Below are positions 1 through 10,118 of a stretch of DNA of 64,000 bases, piece after piece; within the stretch, counting starts at the first letter, position 1; each line of letters starts with the position of its first letter. Position numbers and translations under genes: made by a program. The notes beneath the pieces are model-generated. The model ran no database searches, was not told the origin of the DNA, and worked only from the letters and a program-made list of their open reading frames with translations. Where the stretch lies: positions 1,600,001 through 1,664,000 of the forward strand of contig CAWBOS010000010.1 of the NCBI GenBank assembly GCA_963790475.1, in the 5' to 3' direction. This DNA is from an uncultured delta proteobacterium (GTDB lineage: Bacteria; Desulfobacterota; RBG-13-43-22).

Positions 1-10
1 GCCCGCTCTC

Positions 11-80
11 GTCATTCCGGGCTTGACCCGGAATCCAGGAATTTCAACCTGTTCTGGACCCCGGCTTTCGCCGGCGTGAC
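11..80. repeat. REP/dRS3-like palindromic repeat (family A)
   Basis: GTCATTCCGG..CCGGAATCCAG-spacer-CTGGACCCCGGCTTTCGCCGGCGTGAC; related copies at 6089, 22365, 24375, 31461, 41511 and 56998, plus a split copy at 34271/36038. Confidence 0.8.
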
Positions 81-120
81 GGCGGAGGAGATTTTTTACG
101 AAAGCATCATCAATAATAAA

Positions 121-2859
121 TCAAATCCTCCACGTCGCCCGAATGACCGTCCCTTTCCCTTGGACGGATTCGATGGAAAACCTTCCCCCGGAAAATTCAA
201 CCCGTTCTTTCATGCTGGAGAGCCCCAGGCCCTTTTTCAAACTATCCCTGGAGGACAGACTTTCCAGATCAAATCCTTCTCCATTATCTCTGATATCCAG
301 TTCTATGGTGTTGTCGACTTTTTGCAGCCCGAGATACACCGAGTTGGCCTTGGCATGCTTGCCGATATTATTCATGGCCTCCTGGGTGATTCTAAAAAGG
401 ACGATCTTTAGATGATCCGGCACCCCCTCTTCCCGGATGGTGACCGCATTTTCAATCTTGATCCCGGAATAAATTGTTTCAAATCTCCGGCAAAACCAGG
501 AAAGGGTAGGAACGATACCCAGATCGTCCAGAAGGGACGGTCGCAAATCGGCTTGAATTCGGCGGGCCTCATCGATCGTTTCCTGGACAAGGGGAATGAG
601 GGCCTCCAGAGATCTACTAAAATTATTGGAGGACCCGTCTTGGGGGAGTTGTAGTAAGGCCTCTTCCGCCTTGAATTTGATGGCACTCAGAGATGATCCC
701 AGGACGTCATGAACTTCCAGGGCGATCCGTTTTCTTTCATTCTCCTGGGCGGAGAGGAGCTGGGAGGCCAGGATCCGCAGTTGATCTTTTGATTCCAGCA
801 AGGCTCGCTCCATCTTCACCCGTTCCGCGATTTCGATGGTCAGTTCCTTATTGCTTTGAGCCAGTTCCGCGGTTCGCTCAAGGACCCGGGCTTCCAACTC
901 ATCATGGGATTTGCGAAGCTCTTCTTCCATCCTCTTGCGCTCGGTGATGTCGTGGGCTACGACGAAGGCCCCGACTATCTTCCCATCGGTGTATTTGAAC
1001 TTGGTGCGTAATACACCCCATAAGGTACTTCCATCCTTCCTCTTCGCCCTGTACTCGATTTGGTCCAGCGGAATCTCTCCGGCCTGGGCTTGCCTGATCC
1101 TGTCTAATAATATCACCCCGCTTTCTTGGTCGAGGAGATCCATAGGGTTCATTTCTAAGAGTTCAGCTTCCGTGTATCCGACCATCCTGCACATACCTTC
1201 ATTTACGGTCATGAACCGTTTCTCATTGAAGTCGATCTCGTAAATCGCTGTGGGTGAATACTCCACGATGTGCCTGTATTTTTCCTCGCTCTTCTTAGTC
1301 GCCTCCTCGGCCTCTTTTTGTTCGGTAATGACGTCAAAGATGGCCACGAAGTGCTCTTTTCGTGGACTGTAGACGGAGATCGAAAACCACATGCCCAGGG
1401 CTTCCACATAGGTCTCAAACCGCTCAGGGACGCCGGTGGTGGCTATCCGACCGTAAGTTTCGAACAACTCCGGATCGGATTCCCGTATGCCGGGAATGAC
1501 CTCGGACACCTTTTTACCGGTTACATTCTTCAACCCGGTCAGGGTTTCGAAGGAACTGTTAACATTGAGGAAGATAAAGTCTTTCGGTTTCCCTTCTTCA
1601 AAGAGCATTCTGCAGTAAGCATAGCCGTTCAGCATGTTATCGAACAAAGAGCGATAGTGCTCTTCGCTCTCCCTTAAAGTTTCCTCTGCGTATCGCTTCT
1701 CAGTGACATCATGAAAAACCAGGACCACTCCGATGATGTTGCCAACGCCGTCCTTGATTGGGGCCGCACTGTCCTCGATAGGAATCTCCCGCCCGTCTCG
1801 GGAGATCAGGGCTGTATGGTTAGCCAGGTTGATAATGAATCCTTCCCGCAGCACGCGTTCAGCGATGTCCTCGGCCGGCTGGCCCGACTGCTCGTCAACG
1901 ATCCTGAAGACACTCTGGATCGGCTGACCAAGGGCTTCTTCTATCGGCCAGCCCGTCAGGGTCGCTGCCACGGGGTTGAGAAAAGTGATACGGCCGGAGG
2001 CATCGGAGGCGATCACGGCATCACCGATACTCCGAAGCGTGACCTTTAACCATTCCCGATTCCGGCGCAGTTCCTCTTCGGCCCGCTCGCGCTCGGCTAT
2101 CTCCCTCTCGAGGTCCGACTTGGATGCGGTCACCTCTTTCAAGTCAGCGGTCATCCGGTTGAAGGCATGGGATAGCTCGCCGATTTCATCATGTCTTTTT
2201 TCTTCGAGGACAAAATCAAGATTGCCGGAACCGATAACAGCAGTACCAGCCCGGAGTGCCAATATCGATTTCAGGATGCGTCGGTAGGTCAGCATATAGC
2301 TTACTATCAGAAATAGACCAAACAAGGCCACCATCACATACACGAGCATAGTTCTTGTTTTTGTCCGCTCGTCTATCTGTTGAAGCAATAACTGTGACAA
2401 GCGTGAAGCATCTGCTGCCAACCCCTGGGACTGGACCGCCATCCGGCTCCACGAGACCTGAAAAAACGCCGGGTCAAAGACGGCACTCCGATTCCGGGAA
2501 GGACTTTCCAGAGCAGAGGCGGCGCTGTCGAATACCTCTTTGAACCGTTCTCTATTAGCCTTAATGTCAGCGACGAGCGCCCTCTGCTCGGGCCGGTCTA
2601 CACGCAGAGCGGCCACCTCTGAGGAAAAGGAGGCAAATCTGGAGTTCCAGCGCTTCAGTTGCGGGCTTTCGCGGTAAATGAGGTAGTCATTGGCCAGATA
2701 GCTCAGCTCGCTTGCCCCCTGGGCGATATGGGAGGCTATCCTTACCTGTTGACCGGTCTTTTCCACCTGTCGATTCGTGATAATCGCCGAGGCCGCGATG
2801 ACGGCCAGGGTGATTCCGAACAGGAGCATGGTGATGATGAATCGAGTTCTTAGTCTCAT
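121..2859 (-). CDS. Membrane HAMP/multi-PAS sensor histidine kinase (HisKA_3 type)
   Basis: Two TM segments, HAMP (DEIGELSHAFNRM), three PAS/PAC repeats, H-box ERKRIALEVHD, N-box QEAMNNIGKHA, G-boxes DNGEGF and GLGLSSM. Confidence 0.92.
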   Translation of the reverse strand: MRLRTRFIITMLLFGITLAVIAASAIITNRQVEKTGQQVRIASHIAQGASELSYLANDYLIYRESPQLKRWNSRFASFSSEVAALRVDRPEQRALVADIKANRERFKEVFDSAASALESPSRNRSAVFDPAFFQVSWSRMAVQSQGLAADASRLSQLLLQQIDERTKTRTMLVYVMVALFGLFLIVSYMLTYRRILKSILALRAGTAVIGSGNLDFVLEEKRHDEIGELSHAFNRMTADLKEVTASKSDLEREIAERERAEEELRRNREWLKVTLRSIGDAVIASDASGRITFLNPVAATLTGWPIEEALGQPIQSVFRIVDEQSGQPAEDIAERVLREGFIINLANHTALISRDGREIPIEDSAAPIKDGVGNIIGVVLVFHDVTEKRYAEETLRESEEHYRSLFDNMLNGYAYCRMLFEEGKPKDFIFLNVNSSFETLTGLKNVTGKKVSEVIPGIRESDPELFETYGRIATTGVPERFETYVEALGMWFSISVYSPRKEHFVAIFDVITEQKEAEEATKKSEEKYRHIVEYSPTAIYEIDFNEKRFMTVNEGMCRMVGYTEAELLEMNPMDLLDQESGVILLDRIRQAQAGEIPLDQIEYRAKRKDGSTLWGVLRTKFKYTDGKIVGAFVVAHDITERKRMEEELRKSHDELEARVLERTAELAQSNKELTIEIAERVKMERALLESKDQLRILASQLLSAQENERKRIALEVHDVLGSSLSAIKFKAEEALLQLPQDGSSNNFSRSLEALIPLVQETIDEARRIQADLRPSLLDDLGIVPTLSWFCRRFETIYSGIKIENAVTIREEGVPDHLKIVLFRITQEAMNNIGKHAKANSVYLGLQKVDNTIELDIRDNGEGFDLESLSSRDSLKKGLGLSSMKERVEFSGGRFSIESVQGKGTVIRATWRI

Positions 2860-2890
2860 GAATTCTCCTAAGCGCTGATAAGCGGTAACC

Positions 2891-3886
2891 CTACCTTATT
2901 ATACTTACCGCCTCCGATTTTATGGCCTTCAGACCATCCACGTAGATATAGTCCAGGAAATTGGGTACATTTTTCTCCGTGGTCAGACCGCTCTTTATCA
3001 TCCATCGTGCCTCATCTTCCATGGCCACAATGAGCGACTGGTCAAGGGAAAGCGAAAACTGGTAACGTGGCCAGACCCTCTCCATAAAGGCATCATCAAA
3101 TTTCATCCTTTTCACTACGATGGCTTTGGCCTCATCTTGGTGACGGGCGAGATAGTCTTCCGCCTGAGTTATCGATTTCATAAGCCGTTTTACGATATGG
3201 GAACGGTTCTTGGCCCAATTGCCAGTGCTGACTAAATTCCAGTAAGCCTGCTGGCTGCTCTGTAAGGCCCTTATGATTACTTCCTTACCCAGGTGTTGAT
3301 CTATTCGGTTTACCCAGGGTTCCCAGGTAACGACAGCATCAACCTCCCCATTGGTAATAGCCCTTTCCGCATCCGCCGCCTTAACGTAAACGAGTGTTAC
3401 CTGCTCAAGCTTCAGGCCATTCAAGCTGAAGGTTCTTCCCAGGTAGAATTCTGAGATTGTTTTTAGAGTAACGCCAACCTTTTTCCCCTTGAGGTCCTGA
3501 AGTGTCTTGATTCCACTATCGGTATGCCAGATAATGAAAGTATTCTCGTACTTGGCTATGGTTCCAAAATTGACGAGATTTTTTCTATTAAGTATCTGCC
3601 TCACGGCCACGAACTCAGACGCTGTAGAAATGTCCGCTTCACCATTTAACATCCCGACGGTCGCTGTCGCTCCCGAATCATAGACTTCTTTGAGGGTAAC
3701 CTTAAGGCCATTACGGGCAAAGAAATCCTGAGCTTCCGCAATGTAGAGCGGCGCATTAATCTCAGTTGGCACGGTTGCAATCGTCAGGGTCTCCGCCTTC
3801 CCGGGATAGTCCCTCTTCGAACAGGACAATGGACCGATGCCCGCCGCCAGAAACAGCAACCCAAAGAAAATGACTTTACTGCGCAT
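2891..3886 (-). CDS. NMT1/SsuA-like ABC-type substrate-binding lipoprotein
   Basis: Signal peptide with LSC lipobox-like motif; DLKGKKVG and VDAVVTWEPW motifs; directly upstream of the kinase. Confidence 0.85.
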   Translation of the reverse strand: MRSKVIFFGLLFLAAGIGPLSCSKRDYPGKAETLTIATVPTEINAPLYIAEAQDFFARNGLKVTLKEVYDSGATATVGMLNGEADISTASEFVAVRQILNRKNLVNFGTIAKYENTFIIWHTDSGIKTLQDLKGKKVGVTLKTISEFYLGRTFSLNGLKLEQVTLVYVKAADAERAITNGEVDAVVTWEPWVNRIDQHLGKEVIIRALQSSQQAYWNLVSTGNWAKNRSHIVKRLMKSITQAEDYLARHQDEAKAIVVKRMKFDDAFMERVWPRYQFSLSLDQSLIVAMEDEARWMIKSGLTTEKNVPNFLDYIYVDGLKAIKSEAVSIIR

Positions 3887-3948
3887 TTGACTTATTCCTC
3901 ACTCCTATAGATCCCTCCCGATTTCCATGGTTCTTTTCCCCATTCTGC

Positions 3949-4393
3949 TCAGCGGATGATGTTAACCGAGTTAGGATTGACCTCCTTGAGGCTCTTGGTA
4001 TGGATAAAATCAAGGGAATTAGGAATCGTTTTTCCCCCCGCGGTCAGATTATTATGGATCATCCACCGGGCCTCATCTTCCATGGCCGTAATGAGGGCTT
4101 GGTCGACTGAGAGGGAAAACAAGTTCCGTTGCCAGATCCGATCCACCTATCCGGCGTCCAAATTAAATCGTTTCTGCACGATCGCCTTGGCTTCCTTTGG
4201 GTGTTGGGCGATATAGAGGTTGGCCTGCGCGATCGCTTTCAAGAGCCTGACCAATGGGACCGGATTCCGGGCGATCCAATCATTCCGGGAGGTAAGGACC
4301 GCGTAAAGAAACTGGCCGCTTTGCGCAGACCACTCGACCGCACCGGACCCCAGGGAGCTCTTGATGGAATCGTAAAATGGCGGGAGGGTGACA
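3949..4393 (-). pseudogene. 5'-truncated paralog of the NMT1/SsuA-like binding protein, with an internal TAG
   Basis: Reads VTLPPFY..SAQSGQFLYAVL..EAKAIVQKRFNLDAG*VDRIWQRNLFSLSVDQALITAMEDEARWMI..VNIIR, matching the C-terminal half of 2891..3886; TAG at 4147-4149; no N-terminal half. Confidence 0.8.
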
Positions 4394-4437
4394 GGGGTCT
4401 CGATAACCGCCCGGTGGGTTTAAAAAAAGGATTATCA

Positions 4438-5409
4438 TCAGCCCGAAGGGTCATCTTTTCTTATGGGTTGCAATAGGTAATCGAGTCTTTCCTGGACGAT
4501 GGAATAAGGGTCCCTCTCTCTTCTTTCGATTTGCCGAACGGCCTTTTCCAGTCCTCCATCCTTCTCCCATTGATCCCTGATCAGACCGGTCAGCTGTTTT
4601 TCCAGCAACCCGATGAGTTCTTCTCTGATCCGCACCTCCTGCCAAACTCGTCGATGCCTCGAAGATTTCAAGAAATCCAAAACGGATTCGACTAATTCCG
4701 GCAGGCCCTTATTCTGATTGGCCACGGTTCGAAGGACCGGGGGTCGGTGATTGTCCTGGGCCGGATCCAGATCCAGCATAGCTTCAATATCCAGTATGAC
4801 CGCATCCGCACCTTCCCGATCGGCTTTGTTGACGATAAAGATATCGGCGATCTCCATGATCCCGGCCTTAAGTGCCTGGACTGCGTCCCCCTGGCCGGGA
4901 ACGCAGACGACCAGCACTAAATCGGCGGCTCGGACCACCTCTACTTCATCCTGTCCCACCCCGACGGTTTCAATGAGCACGAAATCTTTGCCGGAGGCAT
5001 CCAAAATCTTGGCCACATCCCGGGCCGATTGATTCAGGCCCCCCAAGGCGCCTCGGGTAGCCATGGAACGGATGAAGACCTCATCCAGATTCCAGAGGTC
5101 TTTCATACGGACCCGATCCCCCAGAAGAGAACCGCCGGAGAATGGACTCGAAGGATCCACGGCGATGATACCCACCTTGAAACCCCTGGAAACCAGCTCG
5201 CAGGCCATTCCGTTGGTCAGGGTGCTCTTCCCCGCTCCCGGTGACCCGGTGATTCCGATAAGCCGCGCTTTCCCGGACAAAGGGTATATTTGCTGCATGG
5301 CCTCCATCCAGCCGGGGTCCCGATTTTCAACCCGGCTCACCAACCGTGACAGGGCTCGAACGGATCCCTGCCGCATTTTTTCAATAAGTTCCGACCAATC
5401 GTTATTCAT
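4438..5409 (-). CDS. meaB: Acyl-CoA mutase-associated GTPase MeaB/ArgK
   Basis: GITGSPGAGKST P-loop, AVDPSSPFSGGSLLGDRVRM, ETVGVGQDE, QALKAGIMEIADIFIVNKAD. Confidence 0.95.
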   Translation of the reverse strand: MNNDWSELIEKMRQGSVRALSRLVSRVENRDPGWMEAMQQIYPLSGKARLIGITGSPGAGKSTLTNGMACELVSRGFKVGIIAVDPSSPFSGGSLLGDRVRMKDLWNLDEVFIRSMATRGALGGLNQSARDVAKILDASGKDFVLIETVGVGQDEVEVVRAADLVLVVCVPGQGDAVQALKAGIMEIADIFIVNKADREGADAVILDIEAMLDLDPAQDNHRPPVLRTVANQNKGLPELVESVLDFLKSSRHRRVWQEVRIREELIGLLEKQLTGLIRDQWEKDGGLEKAVRQIERRERDPYSIVQERLDYLLQPIRKDDPSG

Positions 5410-5467
5410 ATCTTAAAGCCTGATCATCAACAGGATGCACTCTCACCAAAAACGAAACCAACGGGTC

Positions 5468-5989
5468 TCAGATACAGTTTTGAGATAATTTCACTTGAGC
5501 AGCAATGAGCTCCTTCAGCACATTCATCAACCCGCCCTTTTCTATGATATGTAACATTTCTGTCGTGTAGAGTTGTCCCTGGAGTTCCTTGGTTCGAGTA
5601 AGATTGCGAATCTTAGCCGTCCTGAGATCCAGTTCCAGATCATCTCCCTCTTCAAAGGCGTTATGAATCCCCTGGCAGGCAATATTCGGAAAGGCAATGG
5701 CAATGGAGTTCCGCAAGTATATGCGTCCGAATGACTCGGCGATGACAGCCGCCAGACCCAATTCTTTTAAGTTCTCCGGGGCATTTTCCCGGCTCGACCC
5801 GCATCCCCAGTTACGACCGGCGACGATGATGTCACCGGGTCTTACCTGATCTGAAAACCCCTCTCGATTATGAAGGATAACCTTTTTCCGTTGCTCCCAG
5901 GGCAGACCGATAGAGTTCCAGGGGGCCATGACATCCGTGTCCACATCATGATCGAATTTCCAGACCTTGCCCCTAATAATCCAATCCAT
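5468..5989 (-). CDS. LeuD/DmdB-like hydratase/dehydratase small subunit
   Basis: GKVWKF..DVDTD, AGRNWGCGSSRE, AESFGRIYLRN. Confidence 0.9.
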   Translation of the reverse strand: MDWIIRGKVWKFDHDVDTDVMAPWNSIGLPWEQRKKVILHNREGFSDQVRPGDIIVAGRNWGCGSSRENAPENLKELGLAAVIAESFGRIYLRNSIAIAFPNIACQGIHNAFEEGDDLELDLRTAKIRNLTRTKELQGQLYTTEMLHIIEKGGLMNVLKELIAAQVKLSQNCI

Positions 5990-6088
5990 AAAAACCCTCT
6001 TGCTGTTGTATTATAAATAATAGAGGTAATAAAACGAGCCCCATTCATTAATGGGAAACTCGTAAAAACTTGCCGAAATCAACATTAA

Positions 6089-6187
6089 GTCATTCCGGTC
6101 CCGCATCAAGTGCGGGATAGACTCCAGCCGGAATCCAGTGTCTTGAATTAGTAAAAACTTCTGGACCCCGGCTTTCGCCGGGGTGAC
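6089..6187. repeat. Family A REP-like repeat with a nested TCCCGC-ATCAAGT-GCGGGA hairpin
   Basis: GTCATTCCGG|TCCCGCATCAAGTGCGGGA|TAGACTCCAGCCGGAATCCAG..CTGGACCCCGGCTTTCGCCGGGGTGAC, flanked by TCGTAAAAA/TTTTTACGA. Confidence 0.75.
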
Positions 6188-6206
6188 GATTTTTACGAAG
6201 TCCTCA

Positions 6207-7502
6207 TTAATCCCGACATTCATGAAGATCCGTTCCCAACGTCGTTCCGCTCCAATACTTTCGTGGATCCGCGATACGGCCTTCAATAGCCGAAGCGGCC
6301 ACCGTGGCCGGAGATCCGAGGTAAACTTCGGACTCGGGTGACCCCATTCTTCCCCTGAAATTACGATTGGTGGAGGAGATGCAGACCTCTCCGGGACCGA
6401 TCAGCCCCATATGGCCTCCCGGGCAGGGGCCGCAGCCTGTGGGAGTAATATGCGCTCCCGCTTCCAGAAGTACCCGGATATAACCGGCCTTGTCGGCCTC
6501 AATAAGGACCTTGCGGGAAGCAGGGGTTACCAGAAGTCTGACCTTGGGGTTTACCTGATGACCCTTTAAAATTCCGGCCGCTACCTCCAGATCCTCCAGC
6601 CGGCCATTGGTGCATGAACCAAGAAAGGCCTGATCGATCAGGACATCCCCGATTTCCGAGACCGGTTTAGCGTTTCCGGGGTTGTGCGGGAGGGAAACCT
6701 GGGGTTCCACAGCGGTGATATCCAAGGTATAGCTCTCTTCATAAGAAGCATCGGGGTCAGGCCCGAATAGCGAAACCGGTTGGCGGGCCCGATCATGCAG
6801 GTAGTCGATCGTTTTTTGATCAGCCTCGAAAAAGGCAAACTTGGCCCCAATCTCCACACCCATATTGGACAGGGTCATCCGACTGGCAATGCTCATTTGG
6901 TTCGCCAGGGGTCCGCTGAATTCGATGGCTCGGTATTGGGCAACCTCGGTCCCGAACCGTCCGGCTATATAAAGCATCAGATCCTTGGACATCAAAGCCG
7001 GTCCAGGGGTACCGGTGAGCCGGAAACGAATCGTCGGTGGAACCCGCATCCACAATTCCCCCGTGGCCAGCACATAATTCATTTCAGTAACCCCGATCCC
7101 GGCACTGGCCGCGCCCAAGGCGCCGTAGGTGGTCGTGTGGGAATCCGTACCCAGGATCAATTGGCCCGGGATGACGAATCCCTCTTCGACCATGACCTGG
7201 TGACAGATCCCGGCAAAACCCAGGTAATGACGAATTTTGAACTCCTCGACCATCTGCCGGATAATGATCTGCCCTTGTGCCATTCTCACGGTGGGTGCCG
7301 GGAAATAGTGATCCACAATGACCACGACCCGCTCCGGGTCAAAGAGTTTCTTGACCCCCATCCCCTTAAGGGTCAGACCATTCATGGCAAAGGCGTCGTG
7401 GCACATCATCCGGTCAATGACGGCGGTCACGTACTGTCCCGCTTGAACCTCAGTCTGTCCGGAGGCCCTGGCCAGAACTTTCTCGGCCATAGTCATTCCC
7501 AT
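6207..7502 (-). CDS. LeuC/HacA/DmdA-like aconitase-family hydratase large subunit
   Basis: MGMTMAEKVLAR, GICHQV, GTDSHTTTYGA, FLGSCTNGR, CGPCPG, SSTNRNFRGRMG (three 4Fe-4S Cys). Confidence 0.93.
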   Translation of the reverse strand: MGMTMAEKVLARASGQTEVQAGQYVTAVIDRMMCHDAFAMNGLTLKGMGVKKLFDPERVVVIVDHYFPAPTVRMAQGQIIIRQMVEEFKIRHYLGFAGICHQVMVEEGFVIPGQLILGTDSHTTTYGALGAASAGIGVTEMNYVLATGELWMRVPPTIRFRLTGTPGPALMSKDLMLYIAGRFGTEVAQYRAIEFSGPLANQMSIASRMTLSNMGVEIGAKFAFFEADQKTIDYLHDRARQPVSLFGPDPDASYEESYTLDITAVEPQVSLPHNPGNAKPVSEIGDVLIDQAFLGSCTNGRLEDLEVAAGILKGHQVNPKVRLLVTPASRKVLIEADKAGYIRVLLEAGAHITPTGCGPCPGGHMGLIGPGEVCISSTNRNFRGRMGSPESEVYLGSPATVAASAIEGRIADPRKYWSGTTLGTDLHECRD

Positions 7503-7569
7503 AGGACGCCCTCCCCTTCTACTGAATTTCGCACCGGTTTATCCTTTCAAAATTCGAATACTTTTTTTA

Positions 7570-7768
7570 GACAGGATTTACCGGATTCCCCGGATTTTTG
7601 TGCCTTTCGACCTGTCTGCAAGCTAGCACGCAGACAAGCGGGGGGAAGAAAGGCACAAACTGAATCGTTCTCTGGACAGAAGCCTGAACTACCGCCAGAA
7701 GCGGATCGAAGTTGCTCAGGGTCCTCAGGAACCTGAGCAAAAGGCATGTAAATCCTGTTAATCCTGTC
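7570..7768. repeat. MITE-like repeat, family B (ends GACAGGATT..AATCCTGTC)
   Basis: Homologous over ~165 bp, in inverted orientation, to 27506-27670; internal hairpins TTGCTCAGG/CCTGAGCAA and TTTGTGCCTTTC/GAAAGGCACAAA. Confidence 0.8.
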
Positions 7769-7830
7769 AGGTAAAGATTTTTCCCATAAGACAAAGCGTC
7801 GCATAATTTCTTTTTTCATGGATCCCAACA

Positions 7831-8760
7831 TTAAGGTCGATAACCAACGGTCTCCCGGTATTTGCGTTGGACCTCTTCATCAGGCAGAAACAATTCTTCA
7901 TATTTTTTGATTTCCGGAAATCCGATAAATTGGTGAAAATTGCGAATCGGATGGTCCTTCAGTCCCCGGCCGAATTCCCTTAAAAATTCCGTGCCGCCGG
8001 ATTGAAGTCCGTGCATAAAATCCCACATGGCCCTGGCCGCGGCCACAAAAGCGCCTCCGGCGATCTCGACCATAGCGACGCCCAGGGCCTTGAGATCCGG
8101 CATAGGCAGCATAGGAGAAACGCCGGTCATATTGTATAAAATAGGGGCCCGGATTTCTTTGACGCTGCGTTCCAAATCTTCCACACTGGTCAGGCCATCA
8201 GGAAAGATCACATCCGCCCCGGCATCCCGATAGGCCCGACCTCGCCGGATCACCTCTTCCATACTTCCCCCTAACGCTCCCCGGGCATCGGTGCGGGCAA
8301 TCAGGACAAAATCAGGGTCAAGTTGACGGCGCACCTTATCAGCCGCTTTATATTTCCCAACGGCTTCTTCGATGGGAATCAATTGTTTCCCGGCTACGTA
8401 GCCACAGCGTTTCGGGGCGACCTGATCCTCCAGGTGGATGCCAGCTACACCCGCCTTGATGAATTCCTCCGTGGTGCGCATGACATTGATTGCGTTCCCA
8501 TATCCGGTGTCTGCATCACTGAAAACCGGGATATTCACCGCGCCGGCGATATTACGAGCGACACCTACCACTTCAGACATTGTCGTCAATCCCACATCGG
8601 GTTTTCCAATCAGAGAGGCCGAGACGCCATACCCGCTGATGGCCATCAACTTGAAACCCGCCTGTTCAATAATTTTAGCCGATAGGGCGTCATAAGCTGC
8701 GGGAGCGATGAGCAGTTCCTGGCCTGCTAATAATTCTCGAAATCTATGGCTTTGCTTCAT
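7831..8760 (-). CDS. Isocitrate lyase/PEP mutase superfamily C-C lyase (PrpB/2,3-dimethylmalate lyase-like)
   Basis: YDALSA, DADTGYG, HLEDQVAPKRCG, ARTDA motifs. Confidence 0.92.
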   Translation of the reverse strand: MKQSHRFRELLAGQELLIAPAAYDALSAKIIEQAGFKLMAISGYGVSASLIGKPDVGLTTMSEVVGVARNIAGAVNIPVFSDADTGYGNAINVMRTTEEFIKAGVAGIHLEDQVAPKRCGYVAGKQLIPIEEAVGKYKAADKVRRQLDPDFVLIARTDARGALGGSMEEVIRRGRAYRDAGADVIFPDGLTSVEDLERSVKEIRAPILYNMTGVSPMLPMPDLKALGVAMVEIAGGAFVAAARAMWDFMHGLQSGGTEFLREFGRGLKDHPIRNFHQFIGFPEIKKYEELFLPDEEVQRKYRETVGYRP

Positions 8761-8777
8761 GCCGGGGCCTTTCCTTA

Positions 8778-9965
8778 TTATATAATCTTCTCCTGCCGTA
8801 ACTGGTCCATATCTTCCTTCGAGTAACCCAAAAGCTGAGATAGAACCTCTTCCGTATTTTCCCCCATAACCGGAGGATAGGTGTATTTTGTTCTCAATTC
8901 CGATGGTGTCCCCGACATTTTGACGGGGTTCCCGGTTTGTTTGATCCGCCCGCCCGAACCGTTTTCAATAGTGGCCACCATGTCTGTGGCTGCTACCTGG
9001 GGATCGGCCAGGGCCTTGTCCAGGGTATTCACCGGCCCACAGGGCACATCGGCCTCGATGAGTATCCTCATCCACTCCTCGGTCCCTTTGGTGAGAAAAA
9101 TTTCCTGAAGGACTGAATTCCTCTTCCTTTTATTTTCAAGAGTGGATGGTCCGGTAAAGAGGGGCTCCTTAAGCAGGTCTTCCTGGCCCATGGCCTTAAA
9201 CAAACGGGGGTATTTGTCTCCCACGGCGGCAATGGTGATGTAGCCGTCCGCAGTCTGGAAGGCCTGATAAACCGGGAGAACGCGGTGCCCGGATCCTACC
9301 GGTCCCGGCACTTCACCGGAAGCGAAATAAATGCTGGCCTCATAAGCGAGCATGGCCAATGTGGCCTCAAAAAGGGAAGTCTCCACTTTTTGCCCTACTC
9401 CGGTGCGTTCCCGGGCATAAAGGGCGGCCAGGATACCATGAGCGGCAAACATTCCGGCACCCAGATCACTGACGGCGATTCCCGCCCTGACCGGGGGCCG
9501 GCCTTCCTCTCCGGTAATACTCATGGAGCCGGTGATGGCCTGAATGATCACGTCGTATGCCGGCCGGTCCCGATAGGGGCCGCTGGAGCCGAAGCCACTG
9601 ATCGAGCAACAGATAATCCGGGGGTTGATCTTCTGGAGGGTTTCATAATCCATTTTGAGCCTCTCCAGGACGCCGGGCCTGAAATTGTCAAAGACGACGT
9701 CCGATACCTTTACCAGATCATAGAAGATCTCCCTTCCCTTTTCCGTTCGGGTGTCCAGGGTGATGCTCTTCTTGCTGCGGTTGATGCTCATATTGTAGGC
9801 ATCCTGCCCTCTATAGGCAGTCGGTCCGCTGAACCCTCTATTAGCGGCCACGGCCTCTATCTTGATAATCTCCGCCCCCAGATCTCCCAAAATCATGGCA
9901 CCAAAGGGGCCGGCTAAGGCACGGGTTAAATCGAGAATTCTTACATTGGCTAATGCCGTTTCCAT
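8778..9965 (-). CDS. CoA-transferase family III (CaiB/BaiF)
   Basis: ILDLTRALAGPFG..LGDLGAEIIKIE, NRSKKSITLD, NFRPGV, catalytic AYD. Confidence 0.93.
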   Translation of the reverse strand: METALANVRILDLTRALAGPFGAMILGDLGAEIIKIEAVAANRGFSGPTAYRGQDAYNMSINRSKKSITLDTRTEKGREIFYDLVKVSDVVFDNFRPGVLERLKMDYETLQKINPRIICCSISGFGSSGPYRDRPAYDVIIQAITGSMSITGEEGRPPVRAGIAVSDLGAGMFAAHGILAALYARERTGVGQKVETSLFEATLAMLAYEASIYFASGEVPGPVGSGHRVLPVYQAFQTADGYITIAAVGDKYPRLFKAMGQEDLLKEPLFTGPSTLENKRKRNSVLQEIFLTKGTEEWMRILIEADVPCGPVNTLDKALADPQVAATDMVATIENGSGGRIKQTGNPVKMSGTPSELRTKYTYPPVMGENTEEVLSQLLGYSKEDMDQLRQEKII

Positions 9966-10118
9966 TCCATCATTTCCTTTCTATTTTTCATTTGAGAATA
10001 AAACTCTTTGTATCTGTTTAGCTTTTTGAAATCCAAAATACTTTTTAATCCTGTCAGATATTTTCTTATAATGCTAAAGCGTCACTTTTATCTATTTTGA
10101 AGTCTCATCTTTTAAATC

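Noticed and set aside
4147-4149. In-frame TAG as pyrrolysine (also 42177-42179)
   Set aside because: Both occur in 5'-truncated gene fragments at non-catalytic positions, and no pyl genes are in the window; decay is the simpler explanation
5468-7502. Calling these genes leuC/leuD
   Set aside because: No leuA/leuB nearby; the catabolic context favours a DmdAB-like paralog
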